56,704 nucleotides of DNA. Origin: Cyanophora paradoxa CCMP329 (Eukaryota > Plantae > Glaucophyta). The notes under the pieces are model-generated. The model saw only the letters and a program-made list of their open reading frames with translations. It made no database searches and had not been told where the DNA came from. Of the stretch, positions 48,223 to 56,704 are shown piece after piece. Position 1 is the first letter of the stretch. The number at the start of each line of letters is the position of its first letter. The translations under genes were made by a program, and so were the position numbers. The stretch covers positions 1 through 56,704 of the forward strand of contig QPMI01000464.1 of the NCBI GenBank assembly GCA_004431415.1, read 5' to 3'.

Positions 48223-49054
48223 TTATGGAGCAGTATCCTGTCCAAAAATGGGGAAATATCGATTTGTGCCATAATACTCAGCATAGGTATTCTGCCTTGC
48301 AATAAAATCGGTTCTCTCAGCATATAATACACACTTGTAGATACCAAACTTGGTGGCTCTCACCAGAAACTGATAGTCTTCCAAACCGAAATTGACTCCA
48401 TGATAAGCAATACCAAAATTATCATATGGGGTGATCACAACTGCAAAATTAGGAGTTCCACCCTCTACTTGACATACAGCATATACATCTGGTGGATATC
48501 CACAACTACCTTGTAGTGGTCACCAATTTCAACAAGGGAGTCTACTACTGCTGTTTGTTCATTTACAACAATGGGGAATATCTTTATAATGTATGGGGCA
48601 TTCATGCTGGGGACATAGGTTCGAATTCTTGTATTGGGATCAATGGGATTGGGTTGATCATTCACAAATAAAGGCGCTCCAACAGCCCCACCAACCCTAA
48701 GACCATCACCAATATAAGCTCCCCCCGATTTGCAGTTAATAGCTCCCGACCTAGATTCAAAAGAATAAGTAGAAAGAGGATCTCCATAACTATCTGGGTC
48801 TCCATAATGAGCAGAAAAGTTTGCATTTGTGACAAGTAGCTTAGTTGTTTTAACTATTCCATTATTTTTATCACATCTGAGTTCCTGCAATCTCAGCTTG
48901 TGGGTGGAACCAAAGGTGTTCATTGTAGGTTGGACCTCTGTTGATTGGAGACCCTCTACATCATCAAAGGTAGCATGTTGCAGAACATGGTTTGCTGGTG
49001 CAGCTAATGAAAGCTGAGGTGTAATTATTCGTTCAAGTGGGGTTGCTCAGCCAT
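48223..49054 (-). CDS. Fibre-like paralogue 1 (frameshifted)
   Basis: Shared module HKLRLQELRCDKNNGIVKTTKLLVTN and SGGAYIGDG; ATG at 49054. Confidence 0.55.
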
Positions 49055-49060
49055 TTTACA

Positions 49061-49924
49061 TTAAAGGGATATATCTTTATGGGTTGGGTCATCAATTACA
49101 TCTGGTTCCATGTAAAATCCTGTTGTGAATATATCAGCAACATTTACACCACGAAGTGCTGATACAGCTGCTATATCTGTTCTCAGTCCCATAATCATAG
49201 TATTGTATACTCCCACCTCAGTGACAAACAGATCATAGGTAAATGTCAAATTGTTATAAACACAATATCCTCTGCCAAAATGGTTCGAAGCTTGAACAAA
49301 GAATAAGTAGTTGTGACCTGGTTGATTATTATTGGCTCTACACATGGAAAGCATTGAAGTGGAAGAGGAATATTTCTTCTTACTCGATCAGTTCCTGTAA
49401 TGGAAACTAATCCGAATTCTCAAGAGTTACAGAGGATGCAACATAGAAATGCAAAAAAGGTTGCTGTGCAACAGGTGTGTAGAAACGAATTCGTTGTGGG
49501 TTCTCAGCATTTTGCTCTAGAGTATCTGGGACATCATTGTAGGAAACAGATGAAGATAGCTGACCTGAAACTCTGCAGCCTCCACCAATAAAAGCTCCTC
49601 CTGATCTCACAGTAACAGCAGCAGTGTTTTTTCATAATCAAGGGCTTTCAGATCAACACTGTAAGCATCAGGACCTCCATTAGTAGGTTGAAAAAGTTCG
49701 CATTTGAGACAAGGAGTCGAGTGGTTTAACCACACCCGAATTCTTGTCTGCTCTCAATTCTTTAACTCGAATAATCGAATTTTTATCAAAGGAGTTACCA
49801 TTGGAGTTGGGTCTCTCTGTGGATTCTAAACCACGAACCTCATCATTAACTTCATGCTGGCGAAAGTGCATTGCAGGGGATCCAAGGAATATATTGGAAG
49901 TTGAACTCGATTATATTCACCCAT
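49061..49924 (-). CDS. Fibre-like paralogue 2 (frameshifted)
   Basis: SIIRVKELRADKNSGVVK and VRSGGAFIGGG; ATG at 49924. Confidence 0.55.
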
Positions 49925-49962
49925 TGCTTCTTTTACTAAGAAGGAAAGAAAAATAATGTTCA

Positions 49963-50226
49963 CTACTCTTCTGTGAAATTGTTATATTCAATCGCCTTTT
50001 TAACAGTTCCCCTTTGGAATGCCTGTAACACAATCGCTTCCTTTGTGGTTGGTATTTGAACTCCTACTGCAATGCAAGATTGAACTTCTTTCTGAACAAT
50101 CTCATCAATTGCAATTCTTGCCCTGTTGTGGGCAGCATTATCGATCCAATCCTGAACAGAAGCAGCACAAAATTCCATCCCCAACTTTTCAGTATCTGAT
50201 AGAACCACTTGATAGATATTCGACAT
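49963..50226 (-). CDS. Small phage-type protein of the kind found next to tail-fibre genes
   Basis: LSDTEKLGMEFCAASVQDWIDNAAHNRARIAIDEIV resembles, from memory, a small marine-phage family (W..NA..NRARIA.DEI). Needs a search to confirm. Confidence 0.55.
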   Translation of the reverse strand: MSNIYQVVLSDTEKLGMEFCAASVQDWIDNAAHNRARIAIDEIVQKEVQSCIAVGVQIPTTKEAIVLQAFQRGTVKKAIEYNNFTEE

Positions 50227-50247
50227 TCTTACTCTATCAAAAGAAAA

Positions 50248-51261
50248 TTATGTAATACTTATCAACTCTCCACAAAATGTTGTTGCAGAGGAATATGTCC
50301 CCTGGTTTGTTGTCCAAATAGTTACATATTCGTTGGCTGCAAGATTGAGAATGCAGGACATTTGAAGAGTCTGACTATTAATGTGCCTGTGCTGGAAACA
50401 GAAAGAGAAATGCCCCCAGGATCGGCATCATTCAATTTGAAGAAAAGCTGAATTGGGTTTTGTGTGTTGAGTTGGTAAAAACTGAGAATCGATAATGTCC
50501 AGCAACAGGAGCTGTAAATCTTCCTGATGATCCAGTGAAGGATCCTGTTACATTAACAAGATTGGTTGCCAATTAATGAGAGCGGTCGAAGAAGTTGCAG
50601 TGTGATTATAACCCAATCGGAAGCAGAACCTTGGTTGGAAGCTGTTCTTTAAATAACACCCTGTATTAATTGTTAACGAATTGGCTTCAGTGTTGCTACT
50701 GTATTGCTGTTTCGCTTCAACACAAGATCAACATTTCCTCCTGTATCAATTTCAGAGTTACTAATCTTGTTGTTGCAGTAATGGTGGTTGAGAATTGGTT
50801 GCTACTGAGACTCCACCATTTGCTGTAACCATTCCTGTAAAAGTGGTTGTCCCTGTCACAGCAAGTTGACTTGCTGTAAGATTCCATCAACCCTTGCCCC
50901 ATCTCCAATGTAGGCTCCTCCACTTCTTACTACAAGAGCAGAGTTATTCATGGTGTTGTCAAAAGTAATAATTTTCGGTGTGATGAACCCTCCCACATCA
51001 TCATAAATTGCTGTATCTGATACAATCGATCCCGATTGGACTTGGTTCTTATTTGACACAATTAAACCAGTGGCTCTCACCTTTCCATTATTGCGATCAC
51101 ATCGTATCTCTTTGCATCTGATCACAGAATTTGAGAAAATGAATCCGCTCCTGTGGATTCTGTGCAAATAAACCCAGGGTTGCATCTGTTACTGTGTGGT
51201 TGAGTTGATGCAATTTTGGGGCTGCATAACAGAAAACAGGAACAGCAATCTGTGTAGACAT
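50248..51261 (-). CDS. Fibre-like paralogue 3 with C1q-like head (frameshifted)
   Basis: SVIRCKEIRCDRNNGKVRATG; SALVVRSGGAYIGDG; C-terminal FTGSSGRFTAPVAGHYRFS (C1q G.FTAP..G.Y.F). Confidence 0.6.
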
Positions 51262-51283
51262 TCTTTACTTTAAAGTAACAATA

Positions 51284-52342
51284 TTATGTGGCGCTAATCA
51301 GCATTCCTCCAAAGTGCGATCGATTGTGTATACGATTGCAGCAGTGGAATTATTGTAAATTCGTATCCAATCATTTGCAGCAAGGTTGATGATGCATTCA
51401 TATGATATAGGTAATCGTACATTGAGGAAGCAAAAGTTGCTCTTGCCTCATATTCTGATGTTGCTCCATTTTTCGAAGATTCAGAACAATCTCAGATGCA
51501 GTAGTGGTTGAGATAATCACTTGGAAACAGAAGTAATAATTTCCTGCAACAGGCGGTAAAATTCCCTAATGTTGAACCATTGAAGTTGTTTCCATGGTTG
51601 ATAAGAACTCCTGGAAATAGAATATTCGTTCCGGTTGCTTTTGAAACTGTTGTTTCTGCTGCATTCGGAGCCATAACAGAAGCCATAAAACGGGGGCAAC
51701 CATTTCGTTTTAGATAGCTTCCTGATGAAAATACGATCGCCTCTCTGTTGATGGTGTTGTTTGGATATTTTGTAGTGTCACAATTGCGCTTCCATTTCGT
51801 TTGTAAATAAAGTTGGTGTCTGCAATTGTGTCACTCTCAGGAGTTGTTAATCTTGTTGACAGTGTGAGAGTTCCATACTGAATACTTCCTGAAAGACCAC
51901 CATTTAAGTTCATCAACCCTGAAAATGAACTTGTCCCACTCACAGTCAACTGATTTGCTGTGACAGTCCCCACCACAATTGCTCCATCACCAATGTAGGC
52001 TCCTCCACTTTTAACTACAAGAGCAGAAGTATTACTTGTGTTACAAAAGTAACTATCTGTGCTGTGGTGAATCCACCCACATTATCATACACTGCTGAAT
52101 CGGGGACTATTTGACCTGCTTGAACCTGATTTTTATTCGAGATAATTATTCCTGTGGTTCTTATCTTGCCCCCATTTCGATCACATCGAATTTCTTTGAC
52201 TCTCAGTATATTGTTCTCTGTGAAAGAGAATGCTTGATGTTTCACTGGAAATAAAACCGGGTGTAGTGTCGACTACTTCATGGAGGTGCTATGTATGATT
52301 TTGCTGCAAGTTCATAGTTTGGAATCTCTAAAAGGAGGTCAT
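51284..52342 (-). CDS. Fibre-like paralogue 4 with C1q-like head (frameshifted)
   Basis: NILRVKEIRCDRNGGKIRTTG; SGGAYIGDG; ILFPGVLINHGNNFNGS..GNFTA then VAGNYYF after a frameshift; INLAANDWIRIY. Confidence 0.6.
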
Positions 52343-52349
52343 CTTTATA

Positions 52350-55300
52350 ATTACGAAATAGTTAAATTGCGACAGCAATGTAAATGAATTGTAACTGGAA
52401 ATCCTGGTCTGTCAAAAGAACTTAATGGAACTATGTCAGCTCACAAGTGAAATAGCTACTGAAACTTGTTTAAGCCTAACATACATTCGATAGTGTAGGC
52501 TGTCTCATTGTGTTGTATACCAGTTGTTACAATAGGAGGGTTAGCAAAGCTGCTGTTGAAATTAATAGTGAGGTTAAACCTATGGTCAGGATTTGCCCAA
52601 AGATAAGGAGTAGTGTAAACATACGTTCCTGCTTGGATTTTCCCATTAAAATATGCATTGAGTTGACTGGAAAGATCTGCTCTGTAATACATCGACTGAT
52701 GGTCGCATTATTTGAGGGTTCATAGCATAGAAATTTCTGCATAGGCTTTCCACGAACAAGTAAGGTTTTATCAAAGTAATTCTGCGAATTGTGGAAGAAC
52801 CATGTTTCTTCAAACATAGTCCTGCTGGTTCTACAATCTGACCTGATCCTACATACATTGTGTTGTGGCTCTGATTGTGGTGGCTGTGAAGGATCAAGGT
52901 TGGTCTATTGGTCAAATCATGTAGTTTCCTGAGAAAATGCAGGTTGTTATAGATATCTGTATTCCAATCATGAGTGTGTGCAAAATCTGTAATCTCTGCC
53001 TTAGTGTGGGTGTGACCAACATATGCAACATTTCCAAGATCTGTAATCTCTGCCTTGGTATGGGTGTGACCCACATATGCAACATTTCCGAGATCTAAGA
53101 TCTCAGATTTAACATGAGTGTGAGCGAAATTGTGATATCTGCTCTGTGTGGAAGTGTGCAAAATCTGTAATTTGTGATTTGGTGTGAGTGTGTGCAAAAT
53201 CTGTGATTTCTGCCTTTGTGGGTGTGTGATCTATTATTTAGATCAAGGAAACTACCCGAAATGCAACAGGATGCAGATTTGCAGCAGTGGGTTTATTTAT
53301 GAGATCATTATAATCTCCTGTGAAAGAGATGGTCTTTAGTCACCCCTTCCTACATAATCAGAAGGGAGATCAATCTTAATGGGGCATAATAGCTGGATCA
53401 TCAGTATCTCATACTCACCTCCTGATGAACCACAGGAAAGGTTTGATTGCTTTCAGTATGACAAAGAATTACATGCTGTTACTGTTCCATCAATAGTCCC
53501 ACCTGTGAGAGGGAGGTAATTGCCTGTAACACCAATACCTATCCTGCAATGATTGTATTTAGTTCTGTTTCATCTATGTAGTTCTGAGCTTGAAGGTAAT
53601 CCTCTGTGACTACTCTCGAAATGCTCTCATTGTGTATGTTTTTTGCAGCCATTCTTTGATTGGCTTCCAGAACCCCACCATAATCTGTTTTAATCCATGC
53701 AAGCTCTGCCCTTCCATAATTATCATTTGCAGTTCCCACTATGGAATGTAGGAATACTTATCTCGACTGAAAACTATCATTGGTCTTGAGCCATCTAAGC
53801 TGCTTACATCTGCTACATGAACCTGTATAGCAGAGTTGTAATTTTGGTAGGTTGCTGGGTCTGTTGGGACTCTGAATGTATCTGTGGAATGTCAGCCTCC
53901 ATGTAGCTTGACACAAAGATATTTGGTATGGTTGCTCCTGGTGGTGGTGGGGTTTCAAAGAGCCTGGTAATGTCCTATATGAAGTGGTCCTCTCATAGCT
54001 GAATTTGCAAGTGTCCCATTCACATGTACATAGTGTTCATTCAAAAATTCTTCAGGGACATTGCAAGTCTGGTAAAGAGAAACCCCAAGTTATCAAGAGG
54101 CTCTACCTTTGCAAATTCTGTTGGTCATGATCTCATCCCAAATATGTTCATGTTTGCTTGGTGGAACTCAGTAGGTATCCCATCAATTTCACCCCAATCA
54201 TGCCTGTGATCCTCTGGTGGATACTTTTGAGTTTGCCTAAGATCTCATCCCAATCATGATTGTGATCCTCTGGGGGATACTTTGCAGGTTTATTATAATT
54301 TGTTCATAATCAGGAAAGAACTCCCAGATCTCAGGTCGAAATCCATCTGGTAACAATTCCTCATGGGTTCATAAGGTTGCTCATAGTCAACAGCTGGTGG
54401 ATCATGACCATCAGGTAAATACTCCTCATCAGGTTCATAGTTCTGCTCATACTCAAACTCTTGTGGATCTAAGCCATCTGGTAGTATTCCTCCTCATTGG
54501 GTCAAATTGATCATATTCATATTCTTGTGGTCAAAACCATCTGGTAAATACTCTTCCTCATCTGGGACGAATTGATATTCATCAAGCTCTAATATATCGA
54601 CTTCAGGAGGTAAAATACTGCTCATCTATTTGCTTTCTTGGTTCAATTATAGGTTTATTGCGAACTTGCTCCCAACTAACAATATGCTGCCCAAAGGCTA
54701 CATCTTCAGTTGCTGTGTATTCTCTTCCAGGCTGTTTCTTTGGTGTTAAATCGGGAGGTCCATTTGGAAATGGAATAGGGAATGGGACTGTTGGTCCATT
54801 GGGACCATAATGCTCAATTATTTCCCTTAGAGTTTTCTCACTCACAAGTTTCTCCCCATTTGCATACACATTGCTGCCATGGATATTTCGCCATTGCCTG
54901 GTTCGAATTCCAAGGTCTTTCACATTGCTATACAAAGGCAAAAGGTGCCTATCCATTTCGACTAAATCAGGGTGTAAATGGATTGCTACTGGTTGACTGG
55001 GGCTACTGTTGATTGTAATTGATGGCTTTTTTGATGGACATCTTTGGAGTAAAAAACCCAAAAGGCTCATTCCTCGCAAAGTCATATGTAATATCCTTGG
55101 GGTATACATCATTTGTGTAGGAGACCTGATTTGTGTTGGCAATGGGACCCACTTGCAATACTTGGGGGACCTCAGCTTTTGCAGTGCTGCCCTCATTGTA
55201 AATTCGCAAAGCTGTGTTCTGTTTGCCCTGCTCATCTTGAACATTGAAAATCAATCGACCACTATCGAACCTGGAAGGTATATCTGGGTGAGTGCCACTG

Positions 55301-55580
55301 GTTTTTAGTTTCCTAGGTCTCCTTCTTGTTGCTTTGATCTCTGCCACTTGGTTTGCTTTCACATTACCCAAACTAAAAGCAACACTGACTCCTCTTTATC
55401 TGGATCGGTTTGATTCACAGATAAAGCATGCTCCCTTGATTGAGTCTTTGATGAATTATCAGAGCTGTGGTCAATTGAAACTGAACCCTTTACTTTAATA
55501 TTATCAAAGTTCACATGCTTGGTGCTGCTTGCATTATCATCTTGAATGGTTTCTAGATTTGGTGGGTAATTGAAGCTCAT
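52350..55580 (-). CDS. Large tail-fibre-like gene(s) with phage-tail (HTHxKAEITD) repeats, acidic repeats and a lectin-like C-terminus (heavily frameshifted)
   Basis: MSFNYPPN start at 55580; DLG...RQWRNIH; W..V.NKP; YLPDG acidic repeats 54320-54600; YPPEDHxHDW x2; YLPLTGGTI; FTGDYNDLINKP; GHTHTKAEITDL repeats; KIQAG..INFNSSFANPPIV. Confidence 0.6.
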
Positions 55581-55623
55581 GGCTTTTACTATATGGATTT
55601 ATAAAATTCCTGATAAGTAAAAG

Positions 55624-56630
55624 ATGCCCTCAAGGTCGTTTTAAGTCTTTCTGGCGGGGGTGCAAGGGGCATTATCATAACCAGGCTGCTAAAAGAAATC
55701 GAAAATCGAACTGGCAGGAGAATAATCGATCTTGTGGATCTTGTGAGTGGAACTTCCACTGGTGGGATCATTGCAATAGGTTTGAATATAAGGCATCCTG
55801 ATAAACCAGGTGAACCTAAACTGACAGCAAACGATTTACACAATATTTACCTAACTCAACTGCCCTTGATTTTCGCAAATCCTCGAAATATAATCGAAAA
55901 TGCCCTTTTTAATACAAAGTATGATGTGGGACCCTTGGAGACTGCAATCAATTCAGTTACTGGTGAATCACTAATACAGGATTCCCTAAAGGACATTGTG
56001 ATTACATCCTTTGATACTCAGAATATGAAACCAATATTTATCACAAATGACAACAATTACAACTTTATGCCTTGTAAGATTGCTGCTAGGGCTACTTCTG
56101 CTGCTCCTACATATTTTCACCTGTAAGCATTGTTGATTTCAATCGGGGAGTATATGTCTGTCTCATTGATGGTGCCATTTCGGGAAACAATAATCCCAGT
56201 GTGTGTGGTTACAGCCATGCAAAGAAGATTTACAGTGATGATGATGATATTATAGTAATAAGTATATCTTGTGGAGAGGTGGACCCACATTTAGAGTCTG
56301 ATTATGTGGGTTATGCTTATGAGACTGTCAACAGCTGGGGCATTCTCTCATGGATTGCCTCAACAGATGGAAGCCCATTGATTAACATGCTCATGGCTGC
56401 AAGTGAGTTTCTGCCCTTGATAAGATGGAGGAGTTGTTTACCCTACAACTATGATCAGGATTATGGGAGATACTATAGGCTATCAGTCCTCTTCCAATCA
56501 TATAGTAAGCTCCCTGGATGACACTTCTAAAATCCCAGATATGCTTTCTTTCACAGAAACATACATAGCAGCAAACAATGAATATGATTAATAAGCTTTG
56601 CAGCATTCTAGTAGCAAACTATGAATTAAA
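55624..56630 (+). CDS. Patatin-like phospholipase (frameshifted)
   Basis: VLSLSGGGARG, GTSTG nucleophile elbow, ARATSAAPTYF, IDGA...NNP in a shifted frame. Confidence 0.88.
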
Positions 56631-56704
56631 GAACCCTACAAAGGCTTACATATTCATCCACTCTCACTACATCACCCCTTTGGATGCTAATTGGTATCAG
56701 CTTG

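Larger units (their letters stand above)
46544..56704. mobile_element. Endogenous dsDNA viral element (AT-rich, intronless, gene-dense); lineage unresolved; continues beyond window
   Basis: Abrupt GC-to-AT switch; ~0.9 kb non-coding repeat-rich end; tightly packed intronless ORFs for fibre/C1q proteins, zinc ribbon, AdoMetDC and patatin. No capsid, packaging ATPase or polymerase in the window. Confidence 0.8.

Noticed and set aside
46544-56704. Assignment to virophage, Polinton-like virus, NCLDV or prophage
   Set aside because: No capsid, packaging ATPase, polymerase or integrase in the window.

Overview
Eukaryotic genomic window (short GT-AG introns, mostly about 50-75 bp) in four blocks. 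(1) 1-24 kb: a GC-rich, partly decayed, internally duplicated region. It holds two inverted paralogues of an OB-fold/RPA70-like gene, a pol-beta-type nucleotidyltransferase-like gene, an SP-RING (MIZ) gene, a divergent histone H3 and a SIM/C2HC-finger/SAM-like gene. (2) 24.7-26.5 kb: a small island with a palindromic 32-bp tandem array and a virus-like zinc-ribbon gene. (3) 26.7-40 kb: a compact three-gene chromatin cassette. One gene splices by hand into a single DOT1-like methyltransferase - Ulp1/C48 protease - AWS/SET/post-SET protein. It lies head-to-head with a divergent class-III PLP aminotransferase-like gene, which converges on a 2x(PWWP-PHD)+AT-hook gene. This cassette is the best candidate for an undescribed system. 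(4) 42-56.7 kb: a DIRS/Ngaro-type tyrosine-recombinase retroelement with no visible gag. After a 28-bp-arm hairpin it is followed by an AT-rich, intronless endogenous viral element (AdoMet decarboxylase, paralogous fibre/C1q genes, phage-tail-repeat fibre, patatin) that runs off the window end. All domain calls come from motif recognition by eye, not database searches. Many ORFs carry frameshifts that could be real decay or long-read indel errors.
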